Shown here one piece after another: positions 49,201-61,166 of a stretch of 64,000 nt of DNA. The stretch covers positions 6,014,001-6,078,000 of the forward strand of contig NEEC01000002.1 in NCBI GenBank assembly GCA_002189035.1, written 5' to 3'. How positions within the stretch are numbered: position 1 is the first letter of the stretch; every line of letters starts with the position of its first letter. Made by a program: the position numbers and the translations under genes. This stretch comes from Utricularia gibba. Lineage: Eukaryota > Plantae > Magnoliophyta. Below the pieces are notes generated by a model that worked only from the letters and a program-made list of their open reading frames with translations, had not been told where the DNA came from and did not search any database.

Positions 49201-52118
49201 TTACAGTGCGTATGGTGTCAGTAATGTGAAATTGGATAAGCAGCAACTGTTTGCGTTTCTTAAAGGTGTTACTTTGCTTTTCGTTGTTCAAGATGGATAA
49301 TACATTACGCACTAGTGGGCTATTTCTTACCAAGTCAATTTCACAGAAAGCTACGAGCCTATTCTTGCAAAGTGGACGACTGAGAGATGTGCAATTTGTA
49401 GATGGGTTGAAGATTGGGATTATAATAAAATAATAATATGCAACAGGTATGTCTAGCTAAGATTAATGCTTCTCATTTAAACTAGGGAAAAGACGTTTTT
49501 TTCAATTGAAGCTAACTCTCTTTTAATTAAGGTGTCAAATTGCCGTACACCAAGAATGCTATGGTGCCAGAAAAGTTTCCGATTTTTCTTCTTGGGTCTG
49601 CCGAGCTTGTGAAACTCCAGAGATTGAGAGACAATGCTGCTTGTGTCCGGTCAAAGGTATGTCCTGCAACTTAGCTTGAACTTGTCTTTGTTGCTGTAGC
49701 AGTGGTTTAATTTCACTGATTCATTTCTAATCAGGGGGTGCTTTGAAGCCAACCGACATTGATGGTTTGTGGGTTCATGTCACATGTGCTTGGTTCCGTC
49801 CAGAAGTTTCAATTTTGGATGCTGAGAACATGGAACCAGCGACTGGGCTTCTTAGGATTCCGCCAACTGCATTCACAAAGGTTGGAATCCAAATATTGCA
49901 ATTGTTATTTTCCGTGGAACTGAATAGGAGTTCTTTTGCATGTGAAATGTCTTTCCTGTAGTAGCATTGAACTGGATAATTTGAGTTTTTTTTTTTCAAT
50001 TTAAACGAAAGTTTCCATCATTGTTTTCCTCTTCCTCATTTCTCAATTATCTGAATTATGCAGGCCTGCGTTATCTGCAAGCAGATTCATGGTTCTTGCA
50101 CACAGTGTTACAAATGCTCCACACATTTTCATGCTACATGTGCTTCGCAGGCTGGATTTTGCATGGAAGTAAGCTTTCTCAGTTTTCTCTTTTAATTGAC
50201 TTGATTCTCGTTCGTGTTTTCTATAGTTTTATATTCTCAATAAGGTGGCCAAATAATCAATTAAGGACGTAGATGGCTCAATTTCAGTCAAAGAAACTTG
50301 CTCTTTATTTCTTTTGTTTGATATAATGTTGTCGTCTTCAAAACCCAGTTACACTGCTCCGAGAAGAATGGGACACAGACAACGAAGTGGATATCCTATT
50401 GTCCTTTTCACAGGTATGACTGTCTGCCATGCTTTCTCTGTGTTCTGTTAGATTAGTAACCTGCTTACCTACTTTGGAGTTTCCCTTTCATCGCCATAGT
50501 TAGATTTCTGTATGAACCAGGCTTAGTTCACCAGCTTCTTGTCTTATATATATTCTTGCTCTCGTGCAGTCGTAAAATAAGTGATTAAGGAATCTAGTAA
50601 TCAATGTAATTTGTGACACTACTGTAATTGGGATGCAAAACTTTTCAGGACTCCAAGTTCTGAGAATGGATTGGTTATCCAGACGCCACATGGTATATTC
50701 TCTAATCGAAGTTTACTGCAAAACCAATATCAAAAACAGTGCTTGAGAGGTTCAAGGCTTATCTCACATCGGACCACTGAGGACAATGCGTCATCTCCTC
50801 CTACTTTGGTGGAATTTGATGAAATGTCTGCAGCAAGGTGTCGCATCTACAAAACATCAAGGCTCGAGGTAGCTTAATCCTTTCTTTGTAATGCCCTGAT
50901 GTTTTCACTGGATTTATGGCACTTGGATTTTTTTATTATTTATAATTTCAAATATGGTTAGTTTTATTGTTCTGTTTTCGTTCAATGCTACAGAAAACTG
51001 GAATAGATTCTGTTTTTCACCGGTTATCGGGACCTCGCCATCATTCATTCCATGAAATTGATTGTCTACGTTTGTGCGACAAAGTAAGAAATGCCCTTCA
51101 GGTGATTATTATGCATATCACTCCTGTCTAGTTTTTAACTCACTGTTGTTGCCCTTTTGCTTTTTTTCATCGTAAAGGATAATCAAGAAGCAAAAGCTTT
51201 TTCGACATTCATGGAACGACTTGAGCATTTAAAGGTAGCTTGTATGTTAAATATGCCAATCTTCATTTACGCTATGAGAAGATCTCATGGAAATTAACGG
51301 TCTTCCCATATTTGATTCTTCAGAGGACAGAGAAATTTTATGTTTGTTTTGGTAAATCAAGGATACATGGATGGGGCCTCTTTGCCAGGCGGGACATCCT
51401 TGAAGGGCAGATGGTAATATGTCTATCCCATATCTTCTCTTTGTGATTCACAAGCAATGCAGTTCTCATATGCCCTGCTTGCTGCTGCTCTTGAAATTGT
51501 TCAGGTTGTGGAGTACCGTGGCGAACAGGTTAGACGTAGCATAGCAGACCTCAGGGAAGCCCGGTATCGGCTCGAGGGCAAAGATTGCTATGTAAGTTCA
51601 TCAAGGGCCCTCCTCTTCATCATTCCCAAGCTCAATCAACTGCTACTCCCTTTGCTGATTTTTGGTTTCTGTTTGATTACTACTCAAGCTCTTCAAAATC
51701 AGCGAGGAAGTGGTGATCGATGCTACGAATCAGGGGAACATAGCCCGCCTCATCAACCATTCAGTACACTTCATTTTTCGAATCCTGTTTTCTCTGCATG
51801 CCGCTTCTCCTATTGCTTCTGAACATCAAGCATTGTGTGCAGTGCATGCCAAACTGTTATGCAAGGATTGTTGGCGTGGGGGACGACGAGAGCCGAATAG
51901 TTCTCATCGCAAAAACCAACGTCTCCGCCGGCGACGAGCTGACGTACGCTACCCCTCCCTCTCCCTTTCCCTTTTGGGGTGCTCCACTGTTTAGATCACT
52001 GTCTCATGATGCCATGCCCAATCTCAGGTACGACTACTTGTTCGATCCAGACGAGCACGAGGACGTCAAGGTCCCCTGCTTGTGCGGCGCTCCCAACTGC
52101 CGGAGGTTCTTGAACTAA
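46215..52118 (+). CDS. ATX3: Trithorax-like histone H3K4 methyltransferase (ATX3/4/5 clade; PWWP, PHD, SAND-like, SET, post-SET), 23 exons
   Basis: Exon 1 46215-47048 (PWWP: GDVVWAK...[10 protein letters not shown]), PHD exons ([45 protein letters not shown]), SET ([26 protein letters not shown]), last exon 52028-52118 (YDYLF...[13 protein letters not shown]). All junctions in phase; intron 3 (47530-47876) is GC-AG. The exact ATX3/4/5 orthologue is uncertain. Confidence 0.93.
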
Positions 52119-52223
52119 CACCTGAGTCAGTCCCATCACACAGCGCCATGAACATGATGAATATGAGAATATGGTGGATGCAGCAGAGCCTGCCTCCCCC
52201 CAACCCCCCTCACAAGAAATATT

Positions 52224-52305
52224 GGTTTGGTTTGGTTTGGTTTGATTTAGTGTAGCAACAGAATGATGCAATTTACATAGAGGAATGAATGAATGAATGA
52301 ATGAA
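52224..52305. repeat. (GGTTT)n and (GAAT)n microsatellites in the ATX 3' region
   Basis: About 4 GGTTT units near 52224-52243 and about 5 GAAT units near 52284-52305. Confidence 0.85.
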
Positions 52306-53046
52306 GCAGTCAGTATATGCCATGCATTTCTTGAGGCTCTTGCTGCACAATGGATGAAATATTTGAAAATTGGCCATTTTTAATACACTTTTTTTATCTG
52401 AATATATGAAATATAAAAAATCAGCTATTATACAACCCTGGTTCACAAATAATAGTTGATAAGTGACTTAAGTGATGGACACATCATTGTTTTGTGATAT
52501 AGGGATTTGAAAATTTTGTTAGATTTGGAGCTAATTTTATAATTTGAAATTGTGTTTCAAAAATATAGTCAATTTTGAAATTATATGAATAAAATTAAGT
52601 TAACATTAAAACTGTTTTGTGATATATTAAAAAGTTTAATAAAATAAAATATATAATATAAATTTAATACTATTAAATTATCATATAATTTAATAGTATG
52701 ATATAAATATATACAAATAACTTTATTTTCATATTATAATCATTGTCTATCAAAAATTAATATCATAAAAAAATAATTTATTTAAATTTAAATAAAAATA
52801 ATATTAAAAAATCATTTTTTAAAATATTATTTAGTTAAATATAATTATAATTAACATTAAATAAAATAAGGAATAAATGTGATTCTAAATAAATTATTTT
52901 ATATAAATTTATTAAAAAAATTCTCACAATCATGAACTTATTTAAACACATGAAATAAACACAATATAATTCATAATTTTACTTTTAAACCCAATTAAGA
53001 AAACAATATCTCACAATACATGTACACGTGCAAACCAAAAGAGGCA

Positions 53047-56000
53047 AAAATGTTTTCAATAATCTTTTTTTTAGTCAATTGCATTTATATCCATATTAAA
53101 AGTTTACCCTCTAACCTAAAATACAAAATAAATCATGCAAACTAATTTGACTTGAAAAAAATAAGGTTAGGCAACGTAGGGTGGGATAATATATATTTTT
53201 ATTATTATTATTGTTTCGATAATATCTGTGGAATTAAGCAAGGGGCATGAGGCGTAGTGTCTCCATAAAGGAACTTGGGTGTGGAGGGGGCGGGCCGTCA
53301 GGGAGAAGCTGAAAATGTTTCCAGCAAGCTGTGCCTTCTCTCTTCTTCCTCAGTCGACCATCTGGGCGTCTCCCAAGTTTTTCGTCTCCTCCTCTGCTCT
53401 CCAAGCTCGTTCCAGGTATCTCTTTGGTTTGGTAACTTGCGTTTTTCAGTGGTTGCTCTGGTTTAAAGGGGTCTCTGTTGCAGAGGAATCAAGGCTGTGA
53501 AGACGCAGCAGATCACACACTCTATGCCTCCTGAGAAGCTTGAGATCTTCAAGTCATTGGAAGAGTGGGCTTCTGAGAATGTTCTGGTTTATCTTAAGCC
53601 TGTTGAGAAGTGCTGGCAGCCTCAGGATTTTCTGCCGGATCCGTGCGGTGATGGGTTCTTTGATGAGATCAGGGAGCTGAGGAGGAGGACGGCGGAGGTC
53701 CCGGATGATTACCTGGTTGTTCTGGTGGGTGATATGATCACCGAAGAAGCGCTCCCTACGTATCAGACGGTTCTTAATACTTTTGATGGCGTGAGGGATG
53801 AGACAGCGTGTAGCTTGACTTCTTGGGCGAAGTGGATCAGACAATGGACAGCTGAGGAGAACAGGCATGGAGATCTTTTGAACAAGTATTTGTATCTCTC
53901 TGGAAGAGTCGACATGAAGCAGATTGAGAAGACGATTCAGTACCTGATTGGAGCGGGAATGGTAGTACCCTGCCTCTGCCTGCATACTTTTCTTTTCTTC
54001 CTCCTCTGACTCCTCTGTGTTTCAGGATCCAGGCTTTGAGAACAGCCCCTATCATGGATTCATCTACACCTCCTTCCAAGAGCGGGCAACCTTCATCTCC
54101 CACGGGAACACGGCCCGGCTCGCCCTTCACCACGGCGACGACACTCTGGCTCGAGTCTGCGGCACGATCGCCTCGGACGAGAAACGGCATGAGATGGCAT
54201 ACAGTAGAATCGTGGAGAAGCTATTCGAGGTGGATCCCGATGAGACGATACTGGCCTTCGCGAGAATGATGAAGAAGAAGATCATCATGCCGGCGCACTT
54301 CATGCAGGACGGGCGGGACACCAACCTCTTCAGCCATTTCTCCTCCGTCGCTCAACGGCTCGGCGTCTACACTGCAAGCGACTACGCAGACAATGTAGAG
54401 CACTTCGTTGATCGATGGAAGGTGAGGGATCTGGTTGGGCTGTCGCCGAAGGGGCAGGAAGCTCAGGAATATGTATGCGGGCTGGCGGCGAAGATCCGGA
54501 GACTGGAAGAGAGAGCTCAGAGCCGGATCAAGGAAGGCCGGAGGATCCGATTTAGCTGGATACACGACAAGGAAGTGCAGCTCTGAGACGAATGCTGCTG
54601 CTGCTGCTACTGCTGTCTTCCTACAATACTTGTGTACTGTTATGGATCGAAATAACATTGCCATCATCACCATCCTCTCCTTGTTCTATACATGATCATT
54701 AAACACAAAATGCAGTTGGCAATACCCTGATATCGGTTGCTGCTCCACCATCTAGTATTAAAATAAACGATATCATATTTAAAATTAAAACAATCAAATA
54801 TATAATAAATTATAAATAATTAGTAATTGATTGATTTCAATTTTTTTTTAATGTGATACACATTTTTTATATATTTAAGCTTTACATATGTTCGTTCGAT
54901 TCATTTGATTCTGATTTTCAATATTATTTGCACTACTCCTATGCACATAAACAAAGCCCCGAAGTGAAGAAGTTATCACTCAAGGTTAATACCTCTCTCA
55001 ACATTCATCATCTTCCAAGTTAATCAGAGCTGCCACGTCTTTCCAAATAAAATTCCAACATTCACGACTGGATGATATATAATAAATATTAATTATATTG
55101 AAAAATATTATATTTAAATAGTTATTAATAATTTATAATTTATTATATACTTTAACATTTTATTTATTTTCTGGAATTAATATAATATTAGACTAGAAAA
55201 TTGGGAGTATTTGGATGATCCAACACCAGCCGCAGTTTCTCGTGGTCAGAGCAGTTCCACTTGGCTTGTGTATCCTCACGGAAATACACTCGGACAAATT
55301 TACGTATGACACAATGTGCGTGCTTGTCAAATTATATTATTAAAAATGAGTATCTCGTTATTTATTTCAAATATTTTTAAAATAGCAATTATAAATGTGA
55401 GATTTTAAATAATTAATATTTTAAAAATAAAAGAAAAAGGAGTGATAGAATTTGAATATTTCACATAGCATTAAATAATATTATCTCTTAATTTTTGTTG
55501 AGTTTTTTATATTTCATTTCAATCATTTTCATTTTTAAATTTGAATTTTATTTTATGTTTCTAAGTTTGGTTTTTTTCTCTCTTTTTTTGAATTTCATTA
55601 GATTTGGCTTAAACGAATCTTACATCGGTTACATATAGAGAACAATATGTATTTAAATAGATGGATAATCATAATCTTATAAAAATATTTTTTTCTAAAA
55701 CAAAAAATATAAAACCGTGAAAATGGATATCCGAAAACAGATAATATCATATAAAAAAATATAATTTGTTATATTTGATATCAGAGCAAAATCTAAATCT
55801 GTAATTAATGGTAGGGCGATTCTCACGGAGGAGGATGAGTTTCTAAAGGGGGTGGAAGAGCCCAATTTTCTAAAATTTCATTGAGTATGGTGATCAAGTT
55901 ATATTCTATGAAGTATTTATAAAACATAAACTCATCTCAAATATTTAATATTATATTTTGCATTTAGTGTCGAAATTTTTTTATATATTTTATATTAAAA

Positions 56001-56090
56001 ATATATTATTTTAAAATATTTTACCGTATATTAATTTTCCGAAATGAAATATGCACCACAGGTATTTCTCCCTTACAAGCATGGAATAAT
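53047..56090. repeat. Copy A of an approximately 3-3.7 kb tandem duplication unit (desaturase plus flanks)
   Basis: Collinear blocks: 53047-54740 vs 57409-59280; 55193-55536 vs 60152-60498; 55887-56090 vs 60914-61136. Confidence 0.85.
53315..54586 (+). CDS. Plastid acyl-ACP desaturase (FAB2/SAD family), copy 1, intact, 3 exons
   Basis: Exons 53315-53415, 53484-53961, 54026-54586; transit peptide with SPKFF; [10 protein letters not shown]; di-iron ligands EEALPTY, EENRH, QERAT, DEKRH; ends [11 protein letters not shown]. Confidence 0.95.
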
Positions 56091-56150
56091 TTTAAAATAA
56101 AAAATTATTCAGTAAATAAGAGAGGAAGAGAAGGGCTCTCTTCGTGATAT

Positions 56151-56260
56151 ACCATTTTCCCAAAAACGAGTTTGCAAAACACCCCGATTTTGGATTGGAT
56201 TCGTAAAATACCACATTTTAGATGAGGTTTGTAAAATATCTTGTGTTGGTGTGATATTCG
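56151..56260. mobile_element. Possible Mutator-like MITE terminal remnant
   Basis: TTTTCCC...GTTTGCAAAACACCCC...CGTAAAATACCAC...TTTGTAAAATA pattern resembles MULE-MITE TIRs. Begins just after homology to the LEA promoter ends. Partner TIR not identified. Confidence 0.3.
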
Positions 56261-56705
56261 ATTATTATTGATTATTTTTATTAAACTGTCATTTTTTTAT
56301 TTTAAATTCAAAAAATTATCAGTGTTTTTATCAACAAATTCTTCTATTACAACAAACTCTCATTAAACCTACTGATTTTGCCATCATCTTTTTCCTCCTT
56401 TTTTTTTTCCTTCCATCAAACTAAGCTGAATCCTTGCTCCTTCCATATCTTATATTATCATATCATAGTCACTGCCTACCAGCAATTAATATCATAACAA
56501 AATATTCTGATTTATAATAGACCGCCGCCTACCTAAAAAAGTATCTTTCCGTGAGTCGTTCTTCAGGTTATTGAAAAATATTCCCTCCCAATTTTATCAA
56601 CCTAAAATAATATTTTCTCCTGTCTTTTTTTTTCTATATTTGTTGTGTATGCTAAATTCTTTAAAAAAATTTTAAATATATTTTAAAAAATTGAAATTAT
56701 ACTAA

Positions 56706-56956
56706 GTCCTTGTTTGATATGAGGGTATAAAATTGGTTTATGGTAAATTTAATAAAATTGTATTGTTTGGTATGTAAGTATAATTATACATTATATATGG
56801 GTATAATAATCATTTTATCTATATAATACCACCATATATGAATATATATATACCTAAGAAGGGATATGAGTATTTTTATACTCATATATTTGAATTTAGC
56901 TAAACCCAAATAATCTAAACCTACTAATACCTAAAACACATCAGTCAAACAAGACC
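56706..56956. mobile_element. Tourist (PIF/Harbinger) MITE, about 250 bp, with TAA target-site duplication
   Basis: TAA|GTCCTTGTTTGAT ... GTCAAACAAGACC|TAA; TIRs match at 10/13; TAA at 56703-56705 and 56957-56959. Confidence 0.75.
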
Positions 56957-56959
56957 TAA

Positions 56960-57060
56960 GGGTTTGTTTGGTTGGGGATTGATTTGAATTATAAAGTATA
57001 TGTTTTTCGTGGAATGAATACGTGTTTAATTGATAGATTTAGAATTGTGTTATTCATGTT
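56960..57060. mobile_element. Left end of a second Tourist-like MITE directly abutting the first
   Basis: TAA|GGGTTTGTTTGGTTG Tourist-type TIR sharing the TAA; right TIR not found and end coordinate approximate. Confidence 0.45.
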
Positions 57061-57535
57061 TTTCCTTAGAGAGGTATGATTATTATTTTTTTATTATGAC
57101 TTATGAAATGATGAAAATTCAGTTTTTATTTTTTGGTTCGTAGATGTTTGTTTTCAGTAGATTGATGTGTCTCTAGGATTTTGAAAGTCCAATTTCAACT
57201 CTTTCATTAAAATTGATTAATTGGACAATAGAAAAATGTATGCAATACTAAAGCGATGACTAAAAAAGATTATGATTTCTAGCAGAAGAAAAGAATCTAA
57301 GCTCTTCAAAAAAAAAAAAAAACGCGATGCAAGAGTAATCTTATAATGAAGATGAATTGGTTTTTTAGTTTGATTGTAGTAAGTGTTTGATTGATATGAA
57401 TAGAATAAAAAATGTTTTGAATAATCTTTTTTGTTTAGTCAATTGTATTTATATCCTTATTACAAGTTTACCCTCTAACCTAAAATACAAACTAATTTGA
57501 AAAAAAATGGTTAGGCAATGCTGGGTTGGATAATC

Positions 57536-57556
57536 ATATATATATATATATATATA
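57536..57556. repeat. (AT)n microsatellite in the promoter of desaturase copy 2
   Basis: About 10 AT units, versus only about 3 at the aligned site in copy 1 (near 53189-53196). Confidence 0.85.
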
Positions 57557-57664
57557 GTATTCTTATTTCGATAATATCTCTGTGATTAAGCTAAGGGCAT
57601 GAGGAGTGGTGTCTTTTTATAAAGGAACTTAGGTGTGGAGGGGGGCGGCAGGGAGAAGCTGAAA

Positions 57665-59134
57665 ATGTTTCCAGCATGCTCTGCCTTCTCTCTTGTTCCT
57701 CAGTCGGCCATCTGGGCGTCTCCCAAGTTCTTCATCTCCTCCTCTGCTCTCCAAGCTCGTTCCAGGTATCGCCTTGGTTTGGTAACTTGGGTTTCTCAGT
57801 GGGTGGTCTGGTTTAAAGGGGTCTCTGTTGCAGAGGAATCAAGGCGGTGAAGACGCAGCAGATCACACACTCTATGCCTCCTGAGAAGCTCGAGATCTTC
57901 AAGTCATTGGAAGAGTGGGCTTCTGAGAATGTTCTGGTTTATCTTAAGCCTGTTGAAAAGTGCTGGCAGACTCAGGATTTTAGGTAGGATGATTATTTGA
58001 TTGTTAAATATATTGTTTGATAATATTTAAATATAAAAAAATAATAATTATTACAAATGTTACTGTAAAACATCTATAATAATTCATATGAATGATTGGA
58101 AAACACCTATAAACAGTAACCGATCGGTTCCAGTTACGGTTCGATTCAAGGTTTCGTCCGTACTGTTCCAAACCGAAACCGGAATCGTGTATACAGTGAA
58201 TCGCGGTTTTTAAACCGATGGTTCGTTGGAACCGTTCGTTCTGAACCGAAACCGTTCGAAACCAAACCCACCCAACTCTAGGTGATATGATCACCGAAGA
58301 AGCGATCCCTACGTATCAGACGATTGTTAATACCTTGGATGGCGTGAGGGATGAGACAGCCTCTAGCTCGACTTCTTGGGCGAAGTGGATCAGACAATGG
58401 ACAGCTGAGGAGAACAGGCATGGAGATCTGTTGAACAAGTATTTGTATCTTTCTGGAAGAGTGGACATGAAGCAGATTGAGAAGACGATTCAGTACCTGA
58501 TTGGGTCGGGAATGGTAGTAGTCCTGCCTGAATGCTTTTCTTTTCTTCCTCCTCTGACTCCTCTGTGTTTCAGGATGGAGGCTGGGAGAACAAACCCTAT
58601 CATGGATTCATCTACACCTCCTTCCAGGAGAGGGCGACCTTCATCTCCCACGGGAACACGGCCCGGCTCGCGCTGCAGCACGGCGACGACTCTCTGGCTC
58701 GAGTCTGCGGCACGATCGCGTCAGACGAGAAACGGCATGAGATGGCGTACAGTAGAATAGTGGAGAAGCTATTCGAGGTGGATCCCGATGAGACGATGCT
58801 GGCCTTCGCGAGAATGATGAAGAAGAAGATCATCATGCCGGCGCAGTACATGCAGGACAGGCGAGACACCAACCTCTTCAGCTATTTCTCCTCCGTCGCT
58901 CAACGGCTCGGCGTCTACACTGCGAGCGACTACGCAGACAATGTAGAGCACTTCGTTGATCGATGGAAGGTGAGGGATCTGGTTGGACGGTCGCCCAAGG
59001 GGCAGGAAGCTCAGGAATATGTATGCGGGCTGGCGGCGAAGATCCGGAGACTGGAAGAGAGAGCTCAGAGCCGGATCAAGGAAGGCCGGAGGATCCGATT
59101 TAGCTGGATACATGACAGGGAAGTGCAGCTCTGA
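57665..59134 (+). pseudogene. Acyl-ACP desaturase copy 2, disrupted in exon 2 by a deletion and a transposon-like insertion
   Basis: Exon 1 57665-57765; exon 2a from 57834 reaches an in-frame TAG at 57985; homology resumes at 58281 (GDMITEE) to 58514; exon 3 58574-59134 is open with di-iron ligands retained. Confidence 0.85.
58006..58280 (-). mobile_element. hAT-type MITE fragment inside desaturase copy 2
   Basis: Dense AACCG/CGGTT subterminal motifs at about 58118-58262 and a terminus reading TAGAGTTGGG on the - strand. One end only, no 8-bp TSD. Confidence 0.6.
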
Positions 59135-59747
59135 GACGAATGCTGCTGCTGTCTTCCTGCAATACTTGTGTAGTGTTATGGATCGAATCAACATTGCCAT
59201 CATCACCATCCTCTCCCTGTTCTATATATGATCATTAAACACAAGATCCAGTCGGCAGTTTCCTGATATGCATTGCTGCTTTACTATGACAAAGAAGTAA
59301 TGAGAGCAGGTAGAGAAATGTTAGACACATAATTTGGGAGTTTGATAGAAGTACAAATAGCTGGTAACTTCAGGGAGCAGTCACCCTGCTCCTTGGAGGT
59401 GATGTGTCGGTTGTTCTTCTGTTTACAAGAGAAATACACAAAAGTTAGAAGGTTTTGAAAACTAAATTATAACATAAAGAGAAGTTTTTTATATATGAAG
59501 TCCCCATGTGTTGAATGTGTGGCCCCTTTTAGCATTTGATTGGCTGTCCCTTATTCATCTGACCCATGTGAAGGTGTTCTCTTTGTTTATCTTAGATGTG
59601 TGACAAGAATCCTTTTTATATTATTAAAACAAATAATTCCAATTTAAAATTAATATAATAAATTATATATCATAATTAATTGATTAAATTTAATTTTTAA
59701 ATTTTTTTTTTCAATTATTTATTCGAAAACGTAATATGTAAACAATG

Positions 59748-59807
59748 AATCTTGAATTATTCTTCATCATCACAATTAATCTTGAGTTATTCTTCATCAT
59801 CACATTG
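59748..59807. repeat. 30-bp imperfect tandem duplication
   Basis: AATCTTGAATTATTCTTCATCATCACAATT followed by AATCTTGAGTTATTCTTCATCATCACATTG. Confidence 0.85.
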
Positions 59808-61166
59808 AATCAATCCTTATCAATATAATTAATACGTTACTTGGTTTTGCGACTACATACTTCTCACTCACCATCCCTTGAACACATATGGTTGTTCAAG
59901 TATAAATTCTCATCAGCTCAAGTGGTGGATCTCTTCTGCAAGCACTCTCGAGGTTCGCTCGAGAGTTTGATATGCCTCTACCGAGAGTTGCACGTCATAT
60001 TCATTTCCGACTAATTCCTTGCATACAAACAGCCGAGTAGAGGGGTTCCTTATAACCTATCCACATTTATCCCCTTAACTCTGCAGGGCTGGTGATATCT
60101 CCAAATGCTCTTGTCATAGAACAATACACAGTTCTCAACTTCTTCCTATATCTAGAAAACTGGACGTTTTAAGGACCGGAGATCCTACACCAGGCGCAAC
60201 TTGTGAGTCTCTCGTGGTCACAGCAATTCCACTTCGCTTCTGTATCCCTCTCGGACGACTTTACGTATGACACAATGGGTTTGCTTATCAAATTTTATTA
60301 TTAATAAAATAATATCTTGTCATTTATTTCGAATATTTTAAAAATAGGAATTATAAATTTGAGATTTTAAATAATTAATATTTGAAAAATAAAAGAAGAG
60401 GAGTGATAGAATTTGAATATTTCACATAGCATTAAATAAATTTTATCTCTTAATTTTTGTTGATTTTTTTTAGATTTCATTTCAATCATTTTCATTTTTT
60501 TCATTCGATTCTTCCTTCCTTTTAATTTGTTCAAGTAAATTGATAGTGAATTTTATTTATGCTTCTAAAATTTATTTATTTTTTCTAAAATTTTATTATT
60601 TGATCACTAGTATAGAAATATCTTACTTCTATTTATAACAATCATGATATAAATAATATATTAAAATTTATTTTCAAAATTCCAATTGTACCTATATCAG
60701 TAGTAAATGCACATATTCGATACAATATTTGTTTTATTAATTTTTTAGTTAATAATTAATTTATTTTAGTATTTTTAAAATTAATTTAATATAATTTAAA
60801 TATTATAAATTGAAATTATCATGACACACTTATAATTTTTCAGATCAAGAATTCACGCACCCAAATGCATGAATCGATGAATCAACTCACCCGCATCTAC
60901 ATGTACTAGGAGGATGGTGATCAATTCATGTTCTATGAAGTATAATTATTTTTTTATAAAAAATAAACTCATCTCAAATATTTAATATTATATTTTCCAT
61001 TTATCATCCAAACATATTTTTTAAAATCTTTTTCTATTAAAATATATCTATTTTTTACTTATATATTCTTTTAAAATATTTTAGGCTATACCAAATACAC
61101 CCCATGGGTATTTCTCCCGTACAAGCATGGAGTAATGTTAACCTAAAAAAAGGAAAAGAATATGAA

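Larger units (their letters stand above)
57409..61136. repeat. Copy B of the tandem duplication unit
   Basis: See copy A. Homology ends about 30 bp upstream of the first LEA ABRE. Confidence 0.85.

Noticed and set aside
59348-59378. 13-bp GU-containing hairpin downstream of desaturase copy 2 as a Helitron end or miRNA
   Set aside because: No CTRR terminus follows, and it is too short for a miRNA precursor.
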